Shown here: positions 20,779 to 30,014 of the stretch, in pieces | Layout of the letters: each line of letters starts with the position of its first letter | How positions within the stretch are numbered: position 1 is the stretch's first letter | Translations under genes and position numbers: made by a program | DNA from: an uncultured Actinomycetes bacterium | GTDB taxonomy: Bacteria > Actinomycetota > UBA4738 > HRBIN12 | Assembly (NCBI GenBank): GCA_963775735.1 | Contig: CAVZKD010000007.1 | Location: forward strand, 1,242,487-1,306,486 | Direction: 5' to 3' | DNA length: 64,000 nt | Notes under the pieces: model-generated | Told to the model about the DNA's origin: nothing | Database searches by the model: none | The model's input: the letters and a program-made list of their open reading frames with translations, nothing else

Positions 20779-21446
20779 CGTTCCTGCGACAGGCGGCCGC
20801 GATCGCCGGCAAGGACCTGCGGATCGAGGTCCGCGGCCGTCATGCACTCGGGATGCTGCTGCCGTTCGCGGCGACGATGCTGGTGTCGTTCGGGTTCGCG
20901 TTCGGGCCGGGGCGCGAGATCCTCCAGCGAACGGCGCCGGGACTCCTGTGGATGGCACTCCTGTTCGCCAGCGTCGTCGCATCCCGCCGCGCGTACCAGA
21001 CGGAGGCCGAGGACGGCGCCCTCGAAGGCCTCCTGCTCGCGCCCGTGGACAAGGCCGCGGTGTACGCGGGGAAGCTGTCGGCGATCGCGCTCCAGCTCCT
21101 GGTCCTGGTCGTCCTCGTGTTGCTCCTCGTCGTGGTGCTGTTCGATCTGGCGCTCGCGGGTCCGCTCGTGTTGGGAGGTGCGTTCATCCTAGGGACGGTG
21201 GGACTGGCGGCCGTGGGAGGGTTGTTCGGTGTGGTGGCGGAGGCCGCACGCACCCGTGAGGCGGTGTTCCCGATGCTCGTGCTCCCCCTGACCGCACCGG
21301 TGCTGATCGCCGGCGTCCGCGCGACCGACCTGGCGGTGACCGGCGCGAGCGGCGACGCGCTGTCCTGGCTCGGGCTGCTGGTAGCGTTCGACGTCGTGTT
21401 CGTGTCGGTCGGCGTGCTCGTGTTCGGCGTACTGATGGAGGACTGA
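20775..21446 (+). CDS. ccmB: heme exporter protein CcmB
   Basis: GTG 20775 overlapping the ccmA stop (GTGA). 223 aa, 6 TM, FLRQAAAIAGKDLRIEVRGRHAL...typical CcmB N-terminus. Confidence 0.85.
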   Translation: MTFLRQAAAIAGKDLRIEVRGRHALGMLLPFAATMLVSFGFAFGPGREILQRTAPGLLWMALLFASVVASRRAYQTEAEDGALEGLLLAPVDKAAVYAGKLSAIALQLLVLVVLVLLLVVVLFDLALAGPLVLGGAFILGTVGLAAVGGLFGVVAEAARTREAVFPMLVLPLTAPVLIAGVRATDLAVTGASGDALSWLGLLVAFDVVFVSVGVLVFGVLMED

Positions 21447-22181
21447 GTGGACATCGCCGCTCGCGGATTCGGCAAGGTGGGATCGCGGAGCGGTGAGCGA
21501 TGGCTCGGCATCGCCGCGATCGTCGCACTGGCAACGAGCGCCGTGCTCTCGTTGGTCGTCGCGCCGCCCGACGCCGTGCAGGGCGATGTGCAGCGGCTGA
21601 TGTACATCCACGTGCCGGCAGCGTGGCTGGCGTATCTGGCGTTCTTCGTCGTGTTCGTGGCCAGCATCGCGTACCTGCGGACCGGCCGGATCCGGTGGGA
21701 TCGCCTCGCCGCCGCGTCCGCCGAGATCGGTGTGCTGTTCACCGCGCTCGCCATCACCCTCGGCGCCCTCTGGGGCAAGCCGGTCTGGGGAACGTGGTGG
21801 ACCTGGGATCCGCGGCTCACCACCACGGCGATGCTGCTCCTGATCTATCTCGTCTACCTGTCGGTGCGGCGGATCGCCGAGAGCCCGGCGCGCAGGGCAC
21901 GCTGGGCGGCCGTCATCGGCATCGTCGGGTTCGTCGACGTTCCGATCGTGCACCTCTCGGTCGTGTGGTGGAGATCACTGCATCAAGGCCCGACCCTGCT
22001 TCGGCTCGGCGGCCCGGAGATCCATGGCACGATGCTCCTCGCACTGCTGGTCGCCGTCGGGGCGTTCACGCTCGTGTACGCGTACCTGATGACGTTGCGC
22101 CTGCGGGTCGGCCGTCTCGAGGAGCGCGAGCTCCGCGAGGCGATGGCTCCTCGCGGATCGCATGAGGAGGTCGAGGCGTAG
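21447..22181 (+). CDS. ccmC: heme exporter protein CcmC
   Basis: 244 aa. Conserved WGxxWxWDPRL motif (WGTWWTWDPRLTTTAML). GTG start directly after the ccmB stop. Confidence 0.9.
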   Translation: MDIAARGFGKVGSRSGERWLGIAAIVALATSAVLSLVVAPPDAVQGDVQRLMYIHVPAAWLAYLAFFVVFVASIAYLRTGRIRWDRLAAASAEIGVLFTALAITLGALWGKPVWGTWWTWDPRLTTTAMLLLIYLVYLSVRRIAESPARRARWAAVIGIVGFVDVPIVHLSVVWWRSLHQGPTLLRLGGPEIHGTMLLALLVAVGAFTLVYAYLMTLRLRVGRLEERELREAMAPRGSHEEVEA

Positions 22182-22327
22182 TGGACGCCAACGCCGGCTA
22201 CGTGGTCGCTGGCTACCTCATCACCGCAGCGACCCTCGGCGGCTACACGTGGCGGCTCCTCGCCAGAGCTCGCGTCGCGCGCCGACCAGGTGCGGGAAGC
22301 GATCGCCGGCGCGATCCCGCCGGCTGA
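22181..22327 (+). CDS. ccmD: heme exporter protein CcmD (small single-TM protein)
   Basis: Not in ORF track (48 aa). GTG overlapping the ccmC stop. VDANAGYVVAGYLITAATLGGYTWRLLARAR is hydrophobic CcmD-like. Position between ccmC and the locus end is canonical. Confidence 0.5.
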   Translation: MDANAGYVVAGYLITAATLGGYTWRLLARARVARRPGAGSDRRRDPAG

Positions 22328-22333
22328 CCCGTC

Positions 22334-22353
22334 CGGGCGTCCACGACCGCCCG
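22334..22353. terminator. possible bidirectional hairpin between convergent ccmD and ccmI
   Basis: cgggcg-tccacgac-cgcccg inverted repeat (6-bp GC stem, 8-nt loop) lying between the two stop codons. No U-tract (expected in high-GC genomes). Confidence 0.25.
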
Positions 22354-22354
22354 C

Positions 22355-23287
22355 TCAGCCGGCCAACCCCTCCTCCGCTTCGGCGATCAGTTCCTCGGCG
22401 TTGCCGCGTTCCGCGCCGAACGGCGCGGCGTCGAGGTACCGCTCCAGGGCGGCGATCGCCGGCTCCGGGCGGTCGAGACCACGCAGCAGGATGAGGCCAC
22501 GGATGAACAGGGCCTCGGGGTAGCCGGGATCGGTCGAGAGCGACCGGTCGACCGAATCGAGCGCCTCGCGTGGACGCTCGGACAGGTACAGGATGATGCC
22601 GACGTGGGCGTGCGCCTCGGCGTCGTCCGGGTCGAGCTCCAGCGCCACCGCGTACTCGCCGAGCGACTCCTCGATCATCCCGGCGTCCAGGTAGCGATGC
22701 GCCAGGTCGAGCCGGGCGGCCAGGTCGTCGGGGTGATCCTCCACACGCTGCTCGAAGAAGGCGAGCGGGTCCTCCGCCGATGCGATCGGCGCCGCCGCCG
22801 GCTCCGATGCGGGGGCGGCGCCGCGCGCGAGTGTCGAGATCACGACCGCAAGCACGGTCCCGCCGATCAGCGTCGCGACGACCCAGGGCGGGACGCGGCG
22901 CGGTTCAGAGCGGTCGGTCCGTGGCGCGACGGTCCCGCCCTCGCGGGTTCCGACCTCGGGGCGTGCGTCGTCGTCCGCGAGAGACGTGTCGCCGTGTCCG
23001 GCCGGTGACCGCCGCAGCGCTCGCCGGTCGATCGCTCGGAGGACACGCGTGAGGCGCCCGTCGGTCTCCTCGCGGAGGCGCTCGTACTCGGCCTCGTCCA
23101 ACGCCCCCGACCCGCGCGCCTCCTCCAGGTCCGCGATCCCACGGAGCAGGGCGAGCCTGCGGTCGTCGAGCGGGTCCGTCGGCGGCTCGAGCGGTGCCGG
23201 TTCGTCGCGGAGGAACCCCACGAGGACACCGCCCGCGGCCACGGTCGCGAGCCCGGCCAGCGCGAACGATGCAGCGACCGGGTTCAT
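22355..23287 (-). CDS. ccmI: cytochrome c-type biogenesis protein CcmI/CycH-like (TM + TPR)
   Basis: Real start MNPVAASFALAGLATVAAG at 23287 (ATGA overlap with ccmH). Second TM; C-terminal TPR-like repeats (DLAHRYLDAGMIEESLGEYAVALELDPDDAEAH...). Confidence 0.7.
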   Translation of the reverse strand: MNPVAASFALAGLATVAAGGVLVGFLRDEPAPLEPPTDPLDDRRLALLRGIADLEEARGSGALDEAEYERLREETDGRLTRVLRAIDRRALRRSPAGHGDTSLADDDARPEVGTREGGTVAPRTDRSEPRRVPPWVVATLIGGTVLAVVISTLARGAAPASEPAAAPIASAEDPLAFFEQRVEDHPDDLAARLDLAHRYLDAGMIEESLGEYAVALELDPDDAEAHAHVGIILYLSERPREALDSVDRSLSTDPGYPEALFIRGLILLRGLDRPEPAIAALERYLDAAPFGAERGNAEELIAEAEEGLAG

Positions 23288-23763
23288 CCGGTCTCCTCGA
23301 GGCCGCCGAGCTCGCGCTCGATCCGAGCTCGCTCGCTCGACGTCACGGTCGAGCCGGCGGGGGTCGCGCGCCGCCGAACGAGGACGAGCCAGATCGCGAT
23401 CCCCGCGATCACGCCGACCACCGGGACGAGCCACGGCACGAGGTTCAACCCGCGTCGAGGAGGGGCGAGCAGGACCCACTCCCCGTATCGCTCGACGAAG
23501 TAGGCGCGCACCGCCTCCGGGGTTCGGCCGGCGAGGAGCTGGGTCTCGATCTCCGTCCGCATCTCCCCGGCGAGTCGTGACGGCGAGTCGGCTACCGACA
23601 GGTTCTGGCAGACGGGACATCGGAGCCCGGACGCGATCTCCCGCACACGATCGTCGATCGTCTGCGGCGCCGCGTCGTCGCCGGCAGCGAGGAGCGCCGC
23701 CAGCCCGACCACCACGACCGCCCCGCCGACGACCAGCCACCCTCGCGCTCGACCGCTCATCAC
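23284..23763 (-). CDS. ccmH: cytochrome c-type biogenesis protein CcmH (NrfF/CcmL-like)
   Basis: 159 aa. Signal/TM, LRCPVCQNLSVADS (CcmH CxxC motif), C-terminal TM. Confidence 0.85.
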   Translation of the reverse strand: MMSGRARGWLVVGGAVVVVGLAALLAAGDDAAPQTIDDRVREIASGLRCPVCQNLSVADSPSRLAGEMRTEIETQLLAGRTPEAVRAYFVERYGEWVLLAPPRRGLNLVPWLVPVVGVIAGIAIWLVLVRRRATPAGSTVTSSERARIERELGGLEETG

Positions 23764-24347
23764 GATGCCGCCGGGCGCAGCGCCTCGTCGATCTCGGTCG
23801 TGAGCCAGTCGTAGGTCACGGCGCCCGTCGTCTTGGCGGAGACCGTTCCATCCGGAGCGATCACGAAGGTCTCGGGGATGCCGTACACCCCGTACGCGAT
23901 CGCCGTCCGCGAGTCGGGGTCGGTCGCGAGCGGCCAGTCACCTCCAAGCTCGTCGCGGAACTCGAGCGCTCCCTCGGAGGAGTCCTCGAAGACCACCCCG
24001 ACGATCACCACGCCGCGCTCGCGGTATCGCCCCCACGCGGCCGTCAGCGCCGGGTGCTCCTCTCGGCACGGCACGCACCACGACGCCCAGAAGTTGAGGA
24101 CGACCACCTGACCGTCGAGGTCGGCGAGATCGATCGTCCCCTCGTCGTCGAGCCGCGGCAGCGAGAACTCGGGCGCGGCCTCCCCCTCGAGCTCGCTCGG
24201 TAGCTCGCGGGGATCGCGTCCGAGCCCGGACGCGAGCAGCAGTGCGAACAGCAGGAGCGGGACGAGGACGAACGCGACCGACCGCCAACGTGGGCGCTTC
24301 GATCTGCCCTCGGGTACCTCGACGCGCTCGTCGGTCTCGGTGCTCAC
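23760..24347 (-). CDS. ccmG: thiol:disulfide interchange protein CcmG/DsbE (TlpA-like thioredoxin)
   Basis: GTG 24347 overlapping the ccmF stop (GTGA). TM anchor then VVVLNFWASWCVPCREEHP thioredoxin CxxC; GVYGIPETFVI. Confidence 0.85.
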   Translation of the reverse strand: MSTETDERVEVPEGRSKRPRWRSVAFVLVPLLLFALLLASGLGRDPRELPSELEGEAAPEFSLPRLDDEGTIDLADLDGQVVVLNFWASWCVPCREEHPALTAAWGRYRERGVVIVGVVFEDSSEGALEFRDELGGDWPLATDPDSRTAIAYGVYGIPETFVIAPDGTVSAKTTGAVTYDWLTTEIDEALRPAAS

Positions 24348-26353
24348 ACCCGCACCTGCTCGCGCCGTTCGGCGACCGGCGGGAGCACCGGCCCGGGGCC
24401 TGGCCGGGGTCGCGCCGGCCACGCCGCGACGATCCCTCCGAGCACCATCACGGCGCCGCCCAACCACAACAACCCGATCCCCGGGCTCACGAAGAACCGG
24501 AACGACGCGCCGCCGTCCCCGTCCACCGAGACGAGCGACGCGTACAGGTCGACCATCCCGTTGAACGGCGTCCCGGTTCGGATCGACGGCGTCCCGATCG
24601 GCTCGGACGAGGCCGGGTAGAGGTTCAACGATGGATGCAGCCGCACGACCTCCTCGCCGGCTCGGAACACGGTCAGGTCGGCGACGACCACGCGACGATG
24701 CGGCTCCTCTCGCGCCGAGATGCCATCCAGGCGGAGCTCGAAGCCCTCGACCGACACGGTCTCTCCCCGCGCGAGCATCAGCTCCGCCGACCGGTCGGAG
24801 ATCGAGGCCCACGAGACCCCGACGACCGCAACGATGAGACCGAGGTGCACGACGAGTCCGCCGTAGAGGCGGTGGTTCCGCGCGACGGCGCCGCCGATCG
24901 CGCGAACCACGTCGAGCTCGTTCGCTCGCATCTGCGCCCGAACCCCGCGGACCATCTCCGCGAGCGTCGCCGTCGCGACGAAGGACGCAAGGCCGAAGAC
25001 CACGACCGCCGCGGTCCCCCGACCGGACGCGAGCAGCACCACCGCGGTCACCGCGGCGGCCCACGCCGGGACCTGGAGCCGCCGGATCACCGCCGACGCC
25101 GAGGCGGCTCTCCAGGGCAGCATCGGGCCGATCCCCATGAGGAACAACAGCAGCATCGCGACCGGGGCGGCGTTGCGGTTGAAGAACGGCGCGCCCACCG
25201 AGACCTTCTCGCCGGTGACGGCCTCGGCGAGCAGCGGGTAGATCGTTCCGACCAACACCGTGAAGGTGACGACCAGCAGCAGGATGTTGTTGCCGAGGAA
25301 GACGCTCTCGCGCGACAGCGGCGTGTCGAACGACGCCTCGGCGCGCAGGGCGTCTCGCCGCCACGCGATCAGCCCGAACCCGCCGAGCAGCACCACCGTC
25401 AGGAACGCGAGGTAGAGCGGCCCCACGATCGACTCGGCGAACGCGTGGACCGATGACAAGATGCTGCCCCGGGTGAGGAACGTGCCGAGCACCGTGAGGG
25501 CGAACGTCCCTACGATCAGGGAGAGGTTCCACACCTTCAACATCCCGCGCCGCTCCTGCACCATCACCGAGTGGAGGAACGCCGTCCCCGTGAGCCACGG
25601 CAGCAGCGCCACGTTCTCGACCGGGTCCCACGCCCAATACCCGCCCCATCCGAGGACGCTGTAGGACCAGAGCGCTCCGAGCAGGAGCCCGACCGTGAGG
25701 AACAGCCAGGCCGCGATCGTCCACCGCCGCGTCACGCGCACCCACGCGTCGCTCACCCGGCCGGTGGCGAGCGCCGCGATCGCGAATGCGAAGGGCACCG
25801 TGAAGCCGATGAACCCGAGGTACAGGAACGGCGGGTGCACGGCCATGAGCGGATGGTTCTGGAGCAACGGGAGCGGGCCCCGACCGTCCACCGCAGGCGT
25901 CGTGAGCGTCTCGAACGGTGTCGTCGGCCCCAGGACGAGCAGCAGGTAGAACGCGCACACGCCGAACATCACGGCGAGCGCCCACGGGAACGTCTGGGGA
26001 CGGCGCCGCCGGAACGCGAATGCCACGGCGGCCAGGTACCCGCCGAGGACGAGGTTCCACAGCAACAACGAACCCTCGTCCGCCGACCAGAGCGCCAGGA
26101 TCTTGAAGAAGGTCGGCGTCGCGCGGCTCGAGTTCGTCGCGACGTAGCGGAGGGAGAAGTCGTCGGCGAGCAACGCGGCGAGCATCGCGAGGTTGGCCAC
26201 GACGACGAGCGCGAACAGCGAGTAGGCGGCCGTCCGTGCGCTCTCGACCACGCGGGGGCGGCCGGACCGGACGCCGACGATCGCGGCCGTCGCCCCGTAG
26301 AACGCGAGCGCCAGGGCGAGCGCGAGGGACGCGGTTCCGACGAGCGCCGGCAT
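24344..26353 (-). CDS. ccmF: cytochrome c-type biogenesis heme lyase CcmF
   Basis: 669 aa polytopic membrane protein. WGGYWAWDPVEN (WWD domain) and CcmF-length layout. Confidence 0.95.
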   Translation of the reverse strand: MPALVGTASLALALALAFYGATAAIVGVRSGRPRVVESARTAAYSLFALVVVANLAMLAALLADDFSLRYVATNSSRATPTFFKILALWSADEGSLLLWNLVLGGYLAAVAFAFRRRRPQTFPWALAVMFGVCAFYLLLVLGPTTPFETLTTPAVDGRGPLPLLQNHPLMAVHPPFLYLGFIGFTVPFAFAIAALATGRVSDAWVRVTRRWTIAAWLFLTVGLLLGALWSYSVLGWGGYWAWDPVENVALLPWLTGTAFLHSVMVQERRGMLKVWNLSLIVGTFALTVLGTFLTRGSILSSVHAFAESIVGPLYLAFLTVVLLGGFGLIAWRRDALRAEASFDTPLSRESVFLGNNILLLVVTFTVLVGTIYPLLAEAVTGEKVSVGAPFFNRNAAPVAMLLLFLMGIGPMLPWRAASASAVIRRLQVPAWAAAVTAVVLLASGRGTAAVVVFGLASFVATATLAEMVRGVRAQMRANELDVVRAIGGAVARNHRLYGGLVVHLGLIVAVVGVSWASISDRSAELMLARGETVSVEGFELRLDGISAREEPHRRVVVADLTVFRAGEEVVRLHPSLNLYPASSEPIGTPSIRTGTPFNGMVDLYASLVSVDGDGGASFRFFVSPGIGLLWLGGAVMVLGGIVAAWPARPRPGPGPVLPPVAERREQVRV

Positions 26354-26760
26354 CAGCTCACCTCGACGGGTGACGGCGTGGCTCCGGGCGACGGCGGTCG
26401 GTACTCCTCGCCGTGCTTGACCAGCATCGTGTCCGAGTGGAAGGCACCATCCGAGCCGTAGGTTCCTTCGACGACGACCCCGATCCCCGTTCGGAACAGC
26501 GCCGGAGCCGCGCCCGCGTGCACGACCGTCATCCGGGTCGTCCCGTCGGTCACGACGAAGTCCACACCGCCGCTCGCATCGTGGACCGAGCCCGGGACGA
26601 CCTGGCCGCCCAGACGCAGCCGCTCACCGGGCGGCGGTTGCTGCTCGAGCAGCTCGGTGGGGGTGACGTAGTACACGAGGTTCCCCGACAGCGCCTGGGT
26701 TCCGACCCAGGCGAGGCTCCCCGCGATCAGCACGAGCAGGACGACGACGCGGACGCGCAC
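26353..26760 (-). CDS. ccmE: cytochrome c-type biogenesis heme chaperone CcmE
   Basis: 135 aa. N-terminal TM, NLVYYVTPTEL...RLGGQVVPGSV...MLVKHGEEY. The heme-binding His is in the LVKHGEEY region. Confidence 0.9.
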   Translation of the reverse strand: MRVRVVVLLVLIAGSLAWVGTQALSGNLVYYVTPTELLEQQPPPGERLRLGGQVVPGSVHDASGGVDFVVTDGTTRMTVVHAGAAPALFRTGIGVVVEGTYGSDGAFHSDTMLVKHGEEYRPPSPGATPSPVEVS

Positions 26761-26820
26761 GAGGAAAGCCTACGGGGCTCTCTCTCGTTCCGTCGAGGGA
26801 AGCGACCTGCGCGTCCTCCG

Positions 26821-27687
26821 CTACAGGTCGAGCTCGCCCCACCCGACGACGCGGACGCCGCCGCCGACCCGCACGCGCCACCCCTCCCCCTCGCGGGTGA
26901 CCTCGACGTGCAGCTCGCTCGGCCGTCCCACCTGCTCGCCCTGCCGGATCATCACCGTCCCGGGCATCCCGGCGAGGCCGTATTCTGCGAGGTACGCGCC
27001 GAGCGGTCCGGCCGCCGACCCCGTCGCGGGATCCTCCCCGCCGGCGCCGAACTCCGTCTCGAACATCCGGGCCGTCACACCTTCGTCGGTCATGGCGAAC
27101 AGGTACAGCTCCTCGGCGTCGGATGCGGCGACCGCCTCGCCGAGGGTCGTCGGGTCGCTGACGGCGCGTCGAAGCGTCTCGAGGTCGCGCACGGGAACGA
27201 TGGTCGGAGGCAACCCGGTCGAGACCGTGCGTATCGGGAGATCTGGGTGCAGGTCGTCCACGGTGAGCCCGATCGCGCGCGCGATGAGCTCACGATCGGC
27301 GAACTCCGCGCCGAACACCGGCGGGAGCTGTCGCATCCATGCCCAGTTCGACCCCGCGTCGACCTCGACCGGGATCTCGCCCGCCGCGACGGACTGGATC
27401 GCCGGAGACGCGACCCGCCCCTCGCTCACCATAACGAACGCGGTGCCGAGGGTCGGATGACCCGCGAACGGAAGCTCCTTGCCCGGTGTGAAGATCCGCA
27501 TCGCGTATCGGTCGCCGCCGGCCTGGGTGACGAACGTCGTCTCCGAGAACCCGAACTCCTTCGCGATCGCCTGCATGAGCTGCTCGTCGATGTCGCCGGG
27601 GTCCGGCACCACGCAGAGCTGGTTCCCGGCGAGCGGCCGCGGGGTGAACACGTCGACGATGCGGAACGGGATCGGCACGGTCGGCAC
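26821..27687 (-). CDS. PhzF-family phenazine-biosynthesis-like isomerase
   Basis: 288 aa. FRIVDVFT...GNQLCVV...FGFSETTFV...FTPGKELPFAGHPTLGTAFV: PhzF/DAP-epimerase-like fold signatures. Confidence 0.85.
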   Translation of the reverse strand: MPTVPIPFRIVDVFTPRPLAGNQLCVVPDPGDIDEQLMQAIAKEFGFSETTFVTQAGGDRYAMRIFTPGKELPFAGHPTLGTAFVMVSEGRVASPAIQSVAAGEIPVEVDAGSNWAWMRQLPPVFGAEFADRELIARAIGLTVDDLHPDLPIRTVSTGLPPTIVPVRDLETLRRAVSDPTTLGEAVAASDAEELYLFAMTDEGVTARMFETEFGAGGEDPATGSAAGPLGAYLAEYGLAGMPGTVMIRQGEQVGRPSELHVEVTREGEGWRVRVGGGVRVVGWGELDL

Positions 27688-27715
27688 TGTAGCGGCTCGT
27701 TGCTACCGTTGGTCG

Positions 27716-28384
27716 ATGGAGGAGCGGACCTACCGCGACGGGGCGCGGGCGATCGCCCCGATCGGCATCGCGGCCTTCGGGTTCGGCCTCTCGTTCGGGG
27801 TGCTCGCGCGGACGGCGGGCTTCGGCTGGCTCGCGCCGATCGTGATGTCCGCGACGACCTTCGCCGGTTCCGCACAGTTCGCGGCGGCCTCGATCCTCGG
27901 TGACGGGGGAACCGTGGCGGCCGCGGTGACGGCCGCGCTCCTGCTGAACGCTCGGTACGGACCGATCGCGGTGACGGTCGCGCCATACCTGCACGGATCG
28001 CGGCTGTCGAGGTTCCTGCACGCGCAGCTGATCGTGGACGAATCGTGGGTGATCGCCGCTCAGGGGGACGGACGGTACGACCGCCGCATGCTCGTGGGCG
28101 CCGGGCTCGTGCTGTTCGCGGCCTGGGTCGGTGGGACGGCGGTCGGATCGATCGCCGGCGAGGCGCTGGGCGATCCGACGGCGCTCGGGCTCGACGCCGC
28201 GTTCCCGGCGCTGTTCCTCGCGCTGCTCGTGCCGCAGGTTCGAGGGCCCGCGGTTCGGAGCCGGAAGCCGCTTGCCGCCGCACTGCTCGGGGCCGGGATC
28301 GCGCTCGTCTTGACGCCGATCACCCCGCCGGGCGTCCCGATCATCGCCGCCGGCGTCGTCTGCCTGCTCGGGCTGAAGCGATGA
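27716..28384 (+). CDS. azlC: AzlC-family branched-chain amino acid exporter subunit
   Basis: ATG 27716 (MEERTYRDGARAIAPIGIAAFGFGLSFG). 5-6 TM, AzlC-like. Confidence 0.8.
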   Translation: MEERTYRDGARAIAPIGIAAFGFGLSFGVLARTAGFGWLAPIVMSATTFAGSAQFAAASILGDGGTVAAAVTAALLLNARYGPIAVTVAPYLHGSRLSRFLHAQLIVDESWVIAAQGDGRYDRRMLVGAGLVLFAAWVGGTAVGSIAGEALGDPTALGLDAAFPALFLALLVPQVRGPAVRSRKPLAAALLGAGIALVLTPITPPGVPIIAAGVVCLLGLKR

Positions 28385-28689
28385 CCGAGGTCTGGCTCGT
28401 CGTCGGGCTCGTCGGAGCGGGAACCATGGTCATCAAGGCCACCGGGCCGGTGCTCCTTGGCGGCCGCCCGATCCCCGAGCGGTTGAACAGCGTCATCCAG
28501 CTCCTGGCCCCCGCGCTCCTCGGGGCGCTCGTCGCCGTCCAGACGTTCGGGAGCGGGCAGAGCCTGGTGCTGGACGAGCGCGTGATCGGCCTGGCCGCGG
28601 CTGGGATCGCCATCTGGCGCAAGGCGCCGCTGCTCCTCGTCCTCGTGATCGCGGCCTCCACGACCGCGCTGGCTCGCGCGCTGCTCTGA
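28381..28689 (+). CDS. azlD: AzlD-family small membrane protein
   Basis: ATGA overlap with azlC. 102 aa, MTEVWLVVGLVGAGTMVIKATGPVLLGG typical AzlD. Confidence 0.75.
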   Translation: MTEVWLVVGLVGAGTMVIKATGPVLLGGRPIPERLNSVIQLLAPALLGALVAVQTFGSGQSLVLDERVIGLAAAGIAIWRKAPLLLVLVIAASTTALARALL

Positions 28690-28716
28690 GCCCGGTTGTT
28701 AGGCTTGGCTCGTCCC

Positions 28717-28787
28717 GCGGGCGTAGCTCAATGGCAGAGCTCCAGCCTTCCAAGCTGGTGGTGCGGGTTCGATTCCCGTCGCCCGCT
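28717..28787 (+). tRNA. tRNA-Gly (anticodon TCC)
   Basis: GCGGGCG-TA-GCTC-AATGGCA-GAGC-T-CCAGC-CTTCCAA-GCTGG-TGGT-GCGGG-TTCGATT-CCCGT-CGCCCGC-T; CCA not encoded. Confidence 0.8.
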
Positions 28788-28882
28788 CCGCTGGTCAGAC
28801 CCCGTTTGCTGCTCCGCCTTCCGTACTCCCCATCCCATCGTGTCGCGTCGTTCCACGGGTCTTGCGCGGGACTGCCGCGGCG

Positions 28883-29383
28883 CTAGGTGACCTCGACCTC
28901 GCGGAGCCGGCCCGTTCGCACGTCGTAGACCCACCCGGAGACCTCAACGTCCTTCGGGAGGAACGGGTTCTCGCGGATCGCCTTCACGTCCTCCTTGAGA
29001 CTGTCCTCGACATCCGAGAACGGCATGAAGTCGATCGTTGCGGCGCTCGTTCCGGTCTCGGCTTGCAGCTTGCCCCAGATATCCTCGTTCGTGAACGTCA
29101 GCATCCCGCAGTCCGTGTGATGGATGATCATGAACTCTCGGGTGCCGAGCAGTTGCGACGACACGATCAGCGAGCGAAGCGCGTCATCGGAAGCGCGCCC
29201 TCCGGCGTTGCGGATGACGTGAGCATCGCCGATGTCGAGGCCCAGGAACCGCTCCGGGTGGAGTCGTGCGTCGATGCAGGTCACCACGGCAACCGGCTTG
29301 TTCGGGGGGAGCTGAGCCTCTCCCTTGTCGAAGCCCTCGGCGAACGAGTGGTTGGACTGGAGCAACTGGTCAACGCTTCGCAT
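28883..29383 (-). CDS. beta-class carbonic anhydrase
   Basis: 166 aa. VVTCIDARL...HTDCGM zinc-ligand motifs (Cys-Asp-Arg / His-x-x-Cys). Confidence 0.9.
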   Translation of the reverse strand: MRSVDQLLQSNHSFAEGFDKGEAQLPPNKPVAVVTCIDARLHPERFLGLDIGDAHVIRNAGGRASDDALRSLIVSSQLLGTREFMIIHHTDCGMLTFTNEDIWGKLQAETGTSAATIDFMPFSDVEDSLKEDVKAIRENPFLPKDVEVSGWVYDVRTGRLREVEVT

Positions 29384-29443
29384 GCGGGCTGCCTCCTCGC
29401 TCTCAAGGGATGGCCGGGATCCGAACCGCCCGGCGGTCGAACG

Positions 29444-29974
29444 CTAGCCGGACTTCTGTCCGGTCCGCAGATCCATCCAGTTGGTTTCGATCGACGCGTA
29501 CCGGGCCCACGCCGCTCCCCACCCCTCGTCGTTCCGCGGGAAGGTCTCGAGGGGCTGCTGTGGCGCGTTCCGATCCCAGATCCCGAAGTGATCCGGCGCG
29601 TACCCGAGGAGATAGCGCGAACCCGTGTGGGTGAACTCGATCCTCGCCGCGGCCACCGGTGGCTGCGCGGCCGGGGCTGCCCCGGGCTCGGTCACGGCCA
29701 CCGGAGCGGGTTCCGGGGTCGGTGACGGCTGTGGCTCGGGTTCGGGCGTCGGGGTCTGCTCGGAGGCCGGGATCGACGCGATCATCGTCGCCTGGGGTGG
29801 TGGGGAGTCCTCCGGCTCGGATACCGGCTCCTCGGCCATCTCGTGCATCTCGCCGACCTTCGCCGGTGGCGTCTCGGCGCCGGCGGGGACGTCGTCCACC
29901 AGCCAGGATCCGCACCACCGACACTTGATCGCGGCGTCCTTGATCTCCTCGGCACAGTACGGACACGTCTTCAT
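29444..29974 (-). CDS. zinc-ribbon domain protein with Pro-rich linker and conserved C-terminal domain (function unknown)
   Basis: MKTCPYCAEEIKDAAIKCRWCGSW zinc ribbon. PTPEPEPQPSPTPEPAPV low-complexity linker; globular C-terminus. Confidence 0.55.
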   Translation of the reverse strand: MKTCPYCAEEIKDAAIKCRWCGSWLVDDVPAGAETPPAKVGEMHEMAEEPVSEPEDSPPPQATMIASIPASEQTPTPEPEPQPSPTPEPAPVAVTEPGAAPAAQPPVAAARIEFTHTGSRYLLGYAPDHFGIWDRNAPQQPLETFPRNDEGWGAAWARYASIETNWMDLRTGQKSG

Positions 29975-30014
29975 CGGTTCGCTCCTCCTGGCTCTCGAGC
30001 ACGAACGAGCAAGC

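Noticed and set aside
23760-26060. 766-aa minus-strand ORF
   Set aside because: Only the last 195 aa (CcmG) are genuine. The upstream 570 aa are an out-of-frame read through ccmF.
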